The position numbers were made by a program, and so were the translations under genes. The notes under the pieces are model-generated. The model was not told the origin of the DNA and ran no database searches. It saw nothing but the letters and a program-made list of their open reading frames with translations. 64,000 nucleotides of DNA, taken from contig CP064974.1 of the NCBI GenBank assembly GCA_016699385.1, positions 954,617 to 1,018,616 of the forward strand, given 5' to 3'. This DNA is from Candidatus Moraniibacteriota bacterium (lineage in GTDB: Bacteria > Patescibacteriota > Minisyncoccia > Moranbacterales > UBA1568). Positions 43,594 through 53,046 of this stretch are shown here, one piece after another. The number at the start of each line of letters is the position of its first letter. Within the stretch, counting starts at the first letter, position 1.

Positions 43594-44607
43594 CTACAAG
43601 AGTTTCTTTGCATGTTCTTCGGGGGGAGTTTTACCAAGGTGCGTGTAGGCTTCTGGTGTCGCGACTCGGCCGCGGGGGGTGCGGGTGAGGAGTCCGAGCT
43701 GGATGAGGAAGGGTTCGTAGACGTCCTCAATGGTTTCGCGCTCTTCGCTCGTTGCGGCGGCGATGGTTTGGACGCCGACGGGACCGCCGGAAAATTTGTC
43801 AATCAATGTAGAGAGAATGTGTCGGTCGGTCGGCTCGAGTCCAAGATGGTCTATCTCGAGAAGACTGAGCGCCTCAATAGCGACGTCTCGAGTGATGATT
43901 TCGACATCTCGAGTTTGCGCGTAGTCGCGGACGCGTTTGAGGAGACGATTGGCAACTCGAGGGGTGTGTCGGCTTGCCTGGGCAATCCGCTCTGCGCCGG
44001 AGGGGTCGATGCCAATATCAAGGATGCGACTCGATCGCGTGAGGATGCGAGTTATCTCTTCCTCGGTATAAAATTCGAGGCGATGTACGGAGCCGAAGCG
44101 ATTGCGAAGCGGATTGGAAATGGAGCCGAGCCGAGTGGTTGCGCCGATCAGGGTGAACTTGGGCAAGTCGAGCTGGATGGTGCGCGCTGAGGGACCCTTC
44201 CCGATGATGATATCGAGCTTGTAGTCTTCCATTGCCGGGTAGAGAACTTCTTCGATGAGTTTGTTGAGACGGTGAATTTCGTCGATGAAGAGCACGTCGC
44301 CATTTTCGAGGTTTGTGAGGATTGAGCCGAGGTCTCCGACACGCTCAATTGCGGGACCGCTCGTCACTTTCATCCCGACGCCCATTTCTTTGGCGATGAT
44401 ATGAGAGAGTGTTGTCTTGCCCAGGCCAGCCGGACCATAGAAGAGCACGTGCTCCACAGGGTCGCCGCGTTTGCGTGCTGCCTCGATAAATATGCCGAGG
44501 TTTCGTTTGATCTTTTCTTGCCCGATATACTCGCTGAAGCCCTGTGGGCGGAGTGTTGTATCGAGCACGGGATCGTCGGCCTTGGCAGTGGAAGAGGTAA
44601 GAGTCAT
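43594..44607 (-). CDS. ruvB: Holliday junction branch-migration ATPase RuvB
   Basis: [58 protein letters not shown]...LFIDEIHRL... The ORF-track ORF has a 73-codon spurious extension. Start set at [13 protein letters not shown] (44607). Confidence 0.9.
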   Translation of the reverse strand: MTLTSSTAKADDPVLDTTLRPQGFSEYIGQEKIKRNLGIFIEAARKRGDPVEHVLFYGPAGLGKTTLSHIIAKEMGVGMKVTSGPAIERVGDLGSILTNLENGDVLFIDEIHRLNKLIEEVLYPAMEDYKLDIIIGKGPSARTIQLDLPKFTLIGATTRLGSISNPLRNRFGSVHRLEFYTEEEITRILTRSSRILDIGIDPSGAERIAQASRHTPRVANRLLKRVRDYAQTRDVEIITRDVAIEALSLLEIDHLGLEPTDRHILSTLIDKFSGGPVGVQTIAAATSEERETIEDVYEPFLIQLGLLTRTPRGRVATPEAYTHLGKTPPEEHAKKLL

Positions 44608-44892
44608 AAATGCGTATTTCACGCCAGTATACCCCCTGTTGACAAAAAATAAAAGCCATGCTAACATTGCCAGTTCCGCTGTGTTTCTGCTCGTTGACAA
44701 TATAGTAGGAGTAATCGCTTGTATATGGCGCTGCGCACTTTCCAATGTCGATGTGCGTAGTACCAGCACAGCACAACAGACTCGCCCGTCTGTAGACAAT
44801 TGGGGGCTTCTATCTTTTGTCCTCAATCTTGGGAGCTTTCGCCCAGATCGGGTGGAAGGGTTTCGGCTCTTCCATTCCTCGACACCGTTCCT

Positions 44893-44942
44893 TCCCTCGG
44901 GGATTTATTTTCGAGGATTTGTCTACAGGCTGGCGGGGATGT
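44893..44942 (+). repeat. 50-bp direct repeat, copy A, upstream of ORF 44979
   Basis: CCCTCGGGGATTTATTTTCGAGGATTTGTCTACAGGCTGGCGGGGATGT is identical to 45995..46044. Both copies sit 35-40 nt before an SD and an ATG. Confidence 0.8.
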
Positions 44943-44978
44943 GTCTCGTCTTTCAAAGTTTTACGAAAGGAGGTGGTG

Positions 44979-45397
44979 AGATGAGTGCTCGTGAAATAAG
45001 GCAGGCTATTCGTGGCGCAGTACTGTCGTCTGTGAATAGGATCAATTTATGTGGTGATCGCATATTTCAGATGAGTTGGGATAGCGACTCCGCAAATATT
45101 CTGAAATGCTTACTCAAAAATGATATCGTTAAGGAACGATACGTTCGTGAGCAACTGGACATTCGATTAAAAGCACTGGGTCGTTCCTGTTTTGAGCAAT
45201 ATAAGCGTGGCAAATACCCAGATCGTGTACTTTCGCCACAAGCTCTCGCATATGCGCTTCAGCATGGAGAATTCACTCCGGAAGAAAAAGCTGTCATACG
45301 GTTTAATCACGGTGATACAAAAGGGACATTTGTTCGAACATTTAATAGGGATGATCAGTTGCTCCAAAAGGTGTTTGACCAACTAATCTCTACGTAA
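44979..45397 (+). CDS. Hypothetical protein (139 aa)
   Basis: An AGGAGGTG SD 6 nt upstream of the ATG. Protein-like composition (MSAREIRQAIRGAV...). Preceded by the 50-bp repeat. Confidence 0.5.
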
Positions 45398-45489
45398 TTT
45401 TGAACAATTTCTAACTTCTTGTTAAAAGCGAATATTCTATCCAAAATAAGAATATTTGCTTTTTTCTTTCTCAAAATCTTTCCAAATCT

Positions 45490-45540
45490 TTACGGATGCA
45501 CGACACAGAGGACTTCGTCGAGGGAATTTTCTTTGCTGTT
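45490..45540 (-). pseudogene. Remnant of a PilB/GspE-family gene 3' end (last ~16 codons plus stop)
   Basis: The minus strand translates to ...SKENSLDEVLCVVHP*. Compare the intact C-terminus of the adjacent ATPase gene, ...EGETSLDEVLRVVHP* (46989). Nucleotide identity is ~75% over 65 bp with 46965..47030. Confidence 0.6.
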
Positions 45541-45994
45541 TTCCCTTTATTGCGCTACAATCAAGCTATGCAGAACTGGTCAACCGATATCGCTGAACTC
45601 AAAAAAGATCCGGAGCAATACGCGCTGTGGCGTCTTGAGCATTTGGTGAATTTTGGTCTGGGCGGAGAACGAATCGATTAAAAAGAATTTCGGAAGTATT
45701 GGAGCAAAATGACTTTGGATCCGAACAAAAAAATTACCTCACTCTGCTTTTATGGCCGAAACAATCCTGAGCGAAAATCAAAGAAAAGTTTTGGAAGCAG
45801 TGAGTATGAATCCGATGGTGTGTGAAAACTTTCACTTGATTGAAGGATTATCAAGTAGTGAAGGCTTCTTCTTCAAGATATAAGGTATTCATTCTTGACG
45901 GAATACGAATTCCGCGTTATTGTGGAGTGTCGTTCTTTGAGGTCTTGGTAGGGAGTACATTAACAAAGCGGATGTATGGAACGATAGATGGTAC

Positions 45995-46044
45995 TCCCTC
46001 GGGGATTTATTTTCGAGGATTTGTCTACAGGCTGGCGGGGATGT
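45995..46044 (+). repeat. 50-bp direct repeat, copy B
   Basis: Identical 49-50 nt to copy A. Followed by a GGAGGAT SD and ATG at 46080. The downstream reading frame appears disrupted. Confidence 0.8.
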
Positions 46045-46330
46045 TTGCCTTTCTTAAAAATGTATTGGAGGATATTGAAATGAAAAGTCTGCATGACATG
46101 AATGGGCTGTCGAACAGATTGCGGAGGCGAAAAAATTGGATAGGGGTGTCTATGCGCGGTTTTTCGGGGCAGAGATCTGGGTGTTTTCTTGGGATACACC
46201 GAAAGATGTCGCTGATCGCATTTTCTCTGTATCACGAGAGAAGTCGGTGGAAGATCAATCGACCCATGAAGTGCGATTGAAAACTCGCTATGGGAGCTGA
46301 ACTATTGCCCTTTTGGGCGGAGGTGATGTG

Positions 46331-46894
46331 ATGAATAAAAATTGGGTTCCGGTGTGGACGCTTTTTCATGGGGATCAGCTGCGAAGACAGGAAAGTGAAA
46401 TCGAGTATTCCGGGGAGAAGTGCTGGATAAAAGGTATAGGATCCTCGCAACATTTTTGGATTTGTATACCAAACAAGAAGCTTTTGCCTCATGCTCACAT
46501 ATTCCTGTTTCACGGAAGCTTTGTCCCATTTGGAATGAGTCCTCGGGTTAAGGAGTTGTCTTGGTGTTGGTGTAGCGACCTTGAGCAGAGGGATTTTCCG
46601 ATTGTTCATAATGATGAAATGCTCTACAGTGCGACGACGAGTAAGCAAAGTGCATCTCCTTTAAATTTCAAGGGAGTTGATACACGCCTTTTTGGATTCA
46701 GTGGATTGAGAAGATTAAGTCATGAAAACGGAAGGCTTACGCATCAAAGTATGTACACACTTGCTCTGGCGATTCCAAGAGGTGATGAGTGTATGGTTAT
46801 TCTCATGTTTCGAGAGCGATCGCTTCAGCCTATATATCGTATGGTTCGAAGTCTGCCGAAAGAGGTAATTGTTGAAACGGCAAGTAGCTATTGA
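46331..46894 (+). CDS. Hypothetical Trp/Cys-containing protein (187 aa)
   Basis: A GGAGGTGA SD 4 nt before ATG 46331 (MNKNWVPVWTLF...). No recognised domain. Confidence 0.4.
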   Translation: MNKNWVPVWTLFHGDQLRRQESEIEYSGEKCWIKGIGSSQHFWICIPNKKLLPHAHIFLFHGSFVPFGMSPRVKELSWCWCSDLEQRDFPIVHNDEMLYSATTSKQSASPLNFKGVDTRLFGFSGLRRLSHENGRLTHQSMYTLALAIPRGDECMVILMFRERSLQPIYRMVRSLPKEVIVETASSY

Positions 46895-46988
46895 TGGATA
46901 AACGTCGGTCGCTACGTGCAAGTCTTGTTTAAATTCAAAAAGCCGACGCAGTGCGCCGGCTTCTAACTTTCTCAAAGTTCTCCATTTG

Positions 46989-49900
46989 TCATGGATGCAC
47001 CACGCGCAACACTTCGTCGAGAGAGGTTTCGCCTTCGAGGGCTTGGAGGACGCCGTCCATGAGCATGGTGATCATGCCGTTTTGTATGGCTTTTTCTTCG
47101 AGTTCGATATTGAGGGCACCACTCATGATGAGATGCTGAATCTCTTTGTCGAGTTCTAACACTTCGCTCAAGACGAGGCGTTTTTTGTATCCGGTGCCGT
47201 TGCACTTTTCACAACTCCCAGCGACCCAGTGCTCGCTAGGGATTTCCGGCACGACAATCGCAGATTTCTCATTGAACATGCCGAGGACTTTTGAGACGGT
47301 TTCACGAATCTCCCCATCGAGAGGTGCCTTCTTCTTGCAGTCGCAGAGACGGCGGACGAGGCGCTGCGCCATGTAGGTGCCGCCGGCATTGACGATGTCG
47401 TCGGGGCGCACGCCCATGGAAATGAGGCGTGGGATGCTTCCGGCGGCGTTGTTGGTGTGGAGGGTGGCGATGACGAGGTGTCCTGTGAGCGCGGCCTGGA
47501 AGGCTATTTCGGCGGTTTCGTCGTCGCGGATTTCGCCAATCATGACGATGTTGGGGTTCTGGCGCAGGAGTGAGCGGAGAGCGGACGAGAAGGTATAGCC
47601 GCCCTCTTCGTTTACCTGCGTCTGCAGAATTCCGGAAAGTTGATATTCTATCGGGTCTTCGACGGTGATGATTTTTATCTCCGGCGTTTTGACAAAATCA
47701 ATCAGGCTGTAGAGGGTTGTTGTCTTGCCGCTTCCGGTAGGACCGGTGTTTAAGATGATGCCGGTTGGTCTCTTGACACCGTCCAAGAGGTGGTGGAGCG
47801 TTTGCTCGCGGATGCCGATCGTATGAATGTCGAGTGCGACTGCGCCGCGATTTAAGAGTCGCATCACGACGGTTTCGCCGAAGCCGCCGAGAATGATAGA
47901 GACGCGAATGTCGAATTTCTGCTCGCTCGTTCCGGTAAGGGGTGATTCGGTCTTGACCATGAATCGACTATCTCGAATGCCGGCGCGCTCTTCGGTACGG
48001 AGTCCGGAGAGCAGTTTAATATCACCGAGAATCGATGGATATTCATTCATGGGGAGTGTTGCGACAGTTTGGAGGACGCCGTCGATACGGAAGCGAACAT
48101 CGACGGAATTTTCCTGCGGTTCGATATGAATGTCATTGGCATTGGTGATGAGTGCGCCGGAGAAAATATATTTGAGTGCTTCGCGTTGCTCAGCTTCTTC
48201 GACGAGCGCGCTGAAATGTTCGAACGAGTCGAGGCTCTTCTCTGTCTCCTTGAGAATCATGTCTTCAATCGGGAAGGCGCGGGCAAGTGTTTGTGACATG
48301 AGTTCGTCGTACATGTCTTCGAGGAATTCGGTTTGTCCGGTGACGCGCCAGACTTCATCGAGCGAGGTGTCACCGGTAATCGCCTTCAAGATGCCGTCTT
48401 GCGCCATGGTGACCATGCCATCCTCGAGAGCCTCTTTCATGATGTCGTTCTCGCTTGCGAGCGAGACGATTTTTTCAGTGATAGCATCGGAGATGGTGAG
48501 GACCTCGAAGATACCAATACGACCTTTGTAGCCAGTACCATTGCAATGAAGACATCCCTTTGGTCTCCAGAGACTCTGTATTTCCTTTGGAATGTCTATC
48601 TTTGCTTTGGGGGAGATGAGTGAAAGTATCTCTTTGAGGGAATTCGATGTTTCTTTGGCGGGTTCGTAGGATTCTTTGCATTCGGGACAGAGGATGCGGA
48701 CAAGGCGCTGAGCGATGAAGGCGTTTACGGCATTGGGAATCGTATTGGGACGCACACCCATTTCGATGAGGCGCGCAACACTGCCAGCGGCGTTGTTGGT
48801 GTGGAGAGTCGAGAGGACGAGGTGACCGGTGAGCCCGGCATTCACGGCGATATTCGCAGTTTCGTCATCGCGGATTTCACCGACCAGTATCACATCCGGA
48901 TCCTGACGGACGATGGAGCGAAGTCCCATGGCGAAGGTATAGTTCCGACTTCTTGATACCTGTGTCTGTGTAATGTTGGGAATTTCATATTCTATCGGGT
49001 CTTCGATAGTGATGATTTTTGTTTCGGGAGTGTTGAGCTTGCGGAGTATGGCGTAGAGGGTCGTGGTCTTGCCGCTTCCTGTGGGGCCGGTATTGAGGAC
49101 GATGCCAGTTGGCTTTTGGAAGGCGCGCTCGACTTGTTCGTAGGCGAGACCGCGGAGCCCAAGTATGGAGATATCTTGCAGGGCGGTTTCTTGATCGAGG
49201 AGTCGCATGACGAGACTCTCGCCGAAGTTGCCCGGTATACTCGAGACGCGGATGTCTATTTTCCGTGAATCGAGATTGAGCGAGAAATGCCCGTCTTGGG
49301 ATTTGTCTCGGATATTGAGTTTCATTTTTCCAAGCATCTTGACGCGCGAGAGGAGGAGAGGATAGATACTCCCGGGAAAGCGCCCAATGTCTTGGAGGAC
49401 GCCGTCGATTCGGTAGCGAAGTCGAATCTCATTTTTTTCTTCCGGTTCGAGATGAATGTCGCTTGCGCGGAGTTTGATGGCGCCGACCATGACGGTTTCG
49501 AGTACCTGCGTTGTGGGAATTTCGAGAATGCGATTTTTGAGGGCGAGAAGATTGCCAAATTCTTGTTCGAATTTTTCTAGGTCATTATCAGAGAGATTGA
49601 CTTTGAGATGATCGAGATAGTCGAGGAAGAGTGGTTTTTTGTAGACATTCCAGGCGTGTTCGAGTGAAGGACGTGAAGCAACATAAAGCTTGGCAGTAAG
49701 TCCTTCACGCTCTTCGAATGCTCGGAGATAGTCGAGTGCTTTTTGGTTATCGGGGTCGAGAATGGCGACGCGAATTTCTTTACCCCGTTTTTGAAAAAGG
49801 GCGATGCCAAGTGATGTGGCGTCTCCTTCGGGAATGATTGATGCACGCTCTGTGTCGATGGGGAAAATATGCAAGTCAACGTAGGGGAGCCGCGCTCCAT

Positions 49901-50027
49901 GAGCGAGCGCAGCGGCTTCGCTTTCTTCCGAAGAACGCTTGAGGGTGGTGAGAATTTTGGCGGTTTGCTGTTCGCGTTCGTCACGGAAATCTGCGGGTGA
50001 GGCATTGCGAGGAAGAACTTTGACCAT
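46989..50027 (-). CDS. Tandem-fused double PilB/GspE-family secretion/pilus-assembly ATPase (1012 aa; two complete ATPase units in one polypeptide)
   Basis: Unit 1 (residues ~1-600): a GspE-N-like domain, Walker A GPTGSGKTT, a His box, a CPECK...CLHCNGTGYKGR tetracysteine, GDTSLDEVWRVTG. Unit 2 (residues ~600-1012): a second GPTGSGKTT, VEDPIEYQ, CDCKKK...CEKCNGTGYKKR, GETSLDEVLRVVHP. Continuous ORF with no internal stop. Confidence 0.8.
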   Translation of the reverse strand: MVKVLPRNASPADFRDEREQQTAKILTTLKRSSEESEAAALAHGARLPYVDLHIFPIDTERASIIPEGDATSLGIALFQKRGKEIRVAILDPDNQKALDYLRAFEEREGLTAKLYVASRPSLEHAWNVYKKPLFLDYLDHLKVNLSDNDLEKFEQEFGNLLALKNRILEIPTTQVLETVMVGAIKLRASDIHLEPEEKNEIRLRYRIDGVLQDIGRFPGSIYPLLLSRVKMLGKMKLNIRDKSQDGHFSLNLDSRKIDIRVSSIPGNFGESLVMRLLDQETALQDISILGLRGLAYEQVERAFQKPTGIVLNTGPTGSGKTTTLYAILRKLNTPETKIITIEDPIEYEIPNITQTQVSRSRNYTFAMGLRSIVRQDPDVILVGEIRDDETANIAVNAGLTGHLVLSTLHTNNAAGSVARLIEMGVRPNTIPNAVNAFIAQRLVRILCPECKESYEPAKETSNSLKEILSLISPKAKIDIPKEIQSLWRPKGCLHCNGTGYKGRIGIFEVLTISDAITEKIVSLASENDIMKEALEDGMVTMAQDGILKAITGDTSLDEVWRVTGQTEFLEDMYDELMSQTLARAFPIEDMILKETEKSLDSFEHFSALVEEAEQREALKYIFSGALITNANDIHIEPQENSVDVRFRIDGVLQTVATLPMNEYPSILGDIKLLSGLRTEERAGIRDSRFMVKTESPLTGTSEQKFDIRVSIILGGFGETVVMRLLNRGAVALDIHTIGIREQTLHHLLDGVKRPTGIILNTGPTGSGKTTTLYSLIDFVKTPEIKIITVEDPIEYQLSGILQTQVNEEGGYTFSSALRSLLRQNPNIVMIGEIRDDETAEIAFQAALTGHLVIATLHTNNAAGSIPRLISMGVRPDDIVNAGGTYMAQRLVRRLCDCKKKAPLDGEIRETVSKVLGMFNEKSAIVVPEIPSEHWVAGSCEKCNGTGYKKRLVLSEVLELDKEIQHLIMSGALNIELEEKAIQNGMITMLMDGVLQALEGETSLDEVLRVVHP

Positions 50028-50080
50028 AGACGTGAGACAGAAGAGAAATATGTCTCAAGTATACCACGGATTTTTCCTTG

Positions 50081-51217
50081 CTATCGTGCTGGTTGCAATT
50101 TTTCAAGCATGAGCGTCTCTGCTTCTTCGAGGGACGCAGTGGGAAGAGAAATATCGAGCGTATCGTTTCGAAGTTTTGATTCTGGAAAATGCTCGGCTAT
50201 CTCTGAGAGGAGATTGTTGGTGTGACACTTGAGCAGGGCCCGTGTCTGTGTGGGCGACTCGGCAGACAGAATCATGAAAAGTGAACCAACAGAAGAATGG
50301 TGACGAATTTTTTCGAGAATAAGGGGAAGATCTTCGAGACGCGACCGGGACTGGACGATGTCGTCTGGCGTGACGCGCGCCCACATGAGCCGGCGCTCTT
50401 CATTCCATTTGAGTCCTGCCATGACGCGTCCCCAGAGCTTGAGGAGGGAGAGCGGTTGCGTGTTGACGAGACGGAAAATGATATCGTGCTGATCAGCACC
50501 CTTGTCCATGAGGCGTGATGCAGCACCGAGCGCACTTGGGGAGAGATTCTTCTTCTGAAAGCTCTCTGTGCCGAGGACGATACCGGCAAGCAAGAGCCCT
50601 GCGACGCGAGCATCGAGGTGCTTCCCGTCTATTTTTTCGAGGAGCGTTGTCGCTGTTTCACTTGTTGATGATGTGGTGATATCGATGATGTTGACCTGTC
50701 CGAAGCGATCGTTTTCGGCATGATGATCGATGGTGATTATGGGAACTTCGTAGAAGATGTCTGGATTGGTTTCGAATATCTTTCCGAGTGATTCTTTGTC
50801 TGGTGCCCCGACAGTGATGGCGAGGTCAAAGGAGAACTTGGCTGGAACGAATGAAAAGTCTCGCGGATCAATCGAGCCTTTTTCTGGCGTGATGAAGATG
50901 TTGTATTCGCTTTCGCCGCGCTCGGTTCGGACAGAGACGATGTCGTTGTGTTCGGTGTTGAAGGAGAGGATGAACTCGCGCACGCCTGAAATGGAAGGAA
51001 GTATGTGTTCGGGCGGCTTGAGAAAGCCGAAAGGTTCTGCGATAGCAGTTATGCCACTGCCGGCGATGGTGACCTCTTTGCCAATGTTTTCGAGAAAGGC
51101 GCCGATGCCAGACGCTGCGCCGAAGGCATCGCCACTTGCGTGTTCGGGGACGAGGATGAGGATGTTTGTGGACTTCTCGATGAGTTCTTTGACTTGGAGT
51201 TCGGGAGGGAGGGACAT
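50081..51217 (-). CDS. nrnA: DHH-DHHA1 phosphoesterase (NrnA-like nanoRNase / pAp phosphatase)
   Basis: ILILVPEHASGDAFGAASGIG, PIITIDHHAEN (DHH motif) and a C-terminal DHHA1-like GGHxxAAG region (GKIF...). Confidence 0.75.
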   Translation of the reverse strand: MSLPPELQVKELIEKSTNILILVPEHASGDAFGAASGIGAFLENIGKEVTIAGSGITAIAEPFGFLKPPEHILPSISGVREFILSFNTEHNDIVSVRTERGESEYNIFITPEKGSIDPRDFSFVPAKFSFDLAITVGAPDKESLGKIFETNPDIFYEVPIITIDHHAENDRFGQVNIIDITTSSTSETATTLLEKIDGKHLDARVAGLLLAGIVLGTESFQKKNLSPSALGAASRLMDKGADQHDIIFRLVNTQPLSLLKLWGRVMAGLKWNEERRLMWARVTPDDIVQSRSRLEDLPLILEKIRHHSSVGSLFMILSAESPTQTRALLKCHTNNLLSEIAEHFPESKLRNDTLDISLPTASLEEAETLMLEKLQPAR

Positions 51218-51310
51218 AGACAGAATATTCGGAGATGAAAGGGAGAGTATAGGGTGTGTACAGAGAAGATTGTAAGATGTGTGTTTTATTGCACTCTCGC
51301 GAACTTCTAA

Positions 51311-51416
51311 GAGCCTGTTAAGAAAGTCTGTTTTTCAGAAAAAAAATGTTTTTTTACTTGTCTCCGCTTGCTCCGAAAGCCGCAAAAAACATTTTTTTCT
51401 GAAAAACAGTGCGAGA
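51311..51416. repeat. Copy 2 of the dispersed palindromic repeat element
   Basis: GTTAAGAAAGTCTGTTTTTCAGAAAAAAAATGTTTTTTT...AAAAAACATTTTTTTCTGAAAAACAGTGCGAG. Arms are complementary. It differs from copy 1 by compensatory changes. A partial solo copy lies at 43124..43161. Confidence 0.7.
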
Positions 51417-51520
51417 AGTACGTCCTTTCGATATTTCTTTAACAGACTCTAAGATACTCAAACCTAGCAGAGAAGCCGAAAGCGGTCAAATATCACGAGG
51501 GTATTCGATGTCTGTCACTC

Positions 51521-51549
51521 TTGACAAACGGAATTTGGAATGATACAGT
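51521..51549 (+). promoter_or_regulatory. Sigma-70 promoter (TTGACA-17-TACAGT)
   Basis: Exact -35, a 17-nt spacer, and a -10 TACAGT. ~190 nt upstream of small ORF 51745. Confidence 0.5.
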
Positions 51550-51744
51550 GCAAATGTTCTTTGAAAAGCGACAGAAAAATAGAAAGATGTTACAGTTTCT
51601 ACCCTCGCCGAGTCGGTGATGTTGGGACGATATTTCTCTCTTTTTGAGGGCGATACGCATGAGCTTTTGTCCAAAAGAGGGAAATGGTCGTTTCAACAGC
51701 GGCAATCCCTGAACCGCATCTTTCGGGGAAATGAGGAGAAGAAG

Positions 51745-51957
51745 ATGAACAATCTGGGTGAAGAGTTTCTTCCTGAAGAATGGGGGTATAGGGAAGGAGA
51801 TGTTCCTTTGGGCTGCTTTATGTCTCCAGATTGGCCAACAGCGTCAATGTGTCTGGCTCAGGGTCTTCGTATTGTTTCTTGCGAAGGCATAGGTCTTGGT
51901 GGACTTGCCAAAGAGAATAACGAGGGCTCTCTACTACCCCTCAGAGAGGGAGAATGA
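51745..51957 (+). CDS. Hypothetical small protein (70 aa)
   Basis: A GAGGAG SD 8 nt upstream of ATG (MNNLGEEFLPEEWGY...). An overlapping alternative small ORF 51974..52153 (CCECNN...C..H) is also possible. Confidence 0.3.
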   Translation: MNNLGEEFLPEEWGYREGDVPLGCFMSPDWPTASMCLAQGLRIVSCEGIGLGGLAKENNEGSLLPLREGE

Positions 51958-52214
51958 GGTGGCAACAAAAGAAATGAAAAGAAAGTATAGTCCAGGGCGC
52001 AGGTGTTGCGAATGCAACAATCTCCTTGGAGGTTGGAATCCTACAGACAAGTGCTATTCACACGCCGCGTCAAAGGATTCAAGGGGGCGAGCTGGTATGC
52101 AGCAGCTGTCTAAAGTAAGACGGTGGCCGCATCTTCCGGCGGATCCTTGGTAGTATAATAATATTGCAAAAACCCTCCCAAGCTCGCATACTTGAGAGGG
52201 TTGCTTTTTTCTCT

Positions 52215-52661
52215 ATGCAGGTATTTCACTCACAATCCGCAGAGGAACTTCGGGAATTGGGGGCGAGGTTTGCTCAAGAGGTTCATCCGGGCATTGTGGC
52301 GCTGTCGGGAGAGCTTGGTGCAGGGAAGACGACATTTGCGCAGGGGTTCCTTGCGGGCATGGGAGCAACGAAGCCTTTTACAAGCCCGACATTTGTCATC
52401 ATGAAGCAGTACGATCTTTCGACGCCCAAGCGTGGCATCGAGCGTGTCTATCATGTGGATGCCTATCGAATCAGTGAAGAAGAACTTTGTGCGCAAGGAT
52501 TTGCCGAATGGGCACATAATCCTCTGGGCGTCGTGCTTCTCGAATGGCCGGAACGCGCGCCCGGTCTTGTGCCAGAAAAGGCAATTTGGATTTCATTTAC
52601 CGTTGAGAAAGAAGGAAGGAGAATTGAATGGCAAAAAGGCGACGAAATGCGTGTGCAGTAG
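52215..52661 (+). CDS. tsaE: tRNA threonylcarbamoyladenosine biosynthesis protein TsaE (YjeE ATPase)
   Basis: GIVALSGELGAGKTTFAQGF (P-loop) ... HVDAYRI ... LLEWPE. TsaE-typical length from MQVFHS. Confidence 0.8.
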   Translation: MQVFHSQSAEELRELGARFAQEVHPGIVALSGELGAGKTTFAQGFLAGMGATKPFTSPTFVIMKQYDLSTPKRGIERVYHVDAYRISEEELCAQGFAEWAHNPLGVVLLEWPERAPGLVPEKAIWISFTVEKEGRRIEWQKGDEMRVQ

Positions 52662-52831
52662 CACGTGACATTCTCTCGAAAGGTTCTCAAAAGAAACGAG
52701 AGATTGTAGATGGTGAAACAAAGAAAGATGCAAGAACGGTGGATAGTATTCTCCGTGAGGGCGACCCGAATGTTTCTGTGGGACTCTATCGAGCATTAAA
52801 CCGACAGCCAGTTTTTTACAATTTTTGGTAA
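52628..52831 (+). CDS. Small basic protein (67 aa) overlapping the 3' end of tsaE
   Basis: Strong SD GGAAGGAG 6 nt before the ATG, followed 70 nt downstream by a terminator. Lys/Arg-rich (MAKRRRNACAVARDILSKGSQKKREIVDGETKKDARTV...). Confidence 0.35.
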   Translation: MAKRRRNACAVARDILSKGSQKKREIVDGETKKDARTVDSILREGDPNVSVGLYRALNRQPVFYNFW

Positions 52832-52907
52832 AAGATGTCCTTAAATAAGAAATGAGAGATGTTTTTCATCACGGAGATTAGAGAAAATTCTCAATGCCAT
52901 TGCAATT

Positions 52908-52990
52908 GCCCAAACTGAAAAGTGTTTGGGCGTTTTTCTTGGAAAAACTTAGCATTGAAAAAAGGCTACCTTTGAGGGGTAGCCTTTTCT
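52908..52990. terminator. Two terminator hairpins. The second is bidirectional.
   Basis: GCCCAAAC-TGAAAAGT-GTTTGGGC followed by GTTTTTCTT. Then AAAAAA-GGCTACC-TTTGAGG-GGTAGCC-TTTTCT between convergent genes. Confidence 0.6.
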
Positions 52991-53046
52991 AGAAAAAGTA
53001 GCTGGGTCGCGCGACGACGTTGCGTGTGCGGTGTCCTGCTATTTCT

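Noticed and set aside
45840-46280. 146-aa ORF spanning repeat copy B
   Set aside because: It reads through the conserved 50-bp repeat and shares translated residues with the other repeat copy only because of nucleotide identity. A short SD-preceded ORF starting at 46080 is more plausible, but it looks frame-disrupted.
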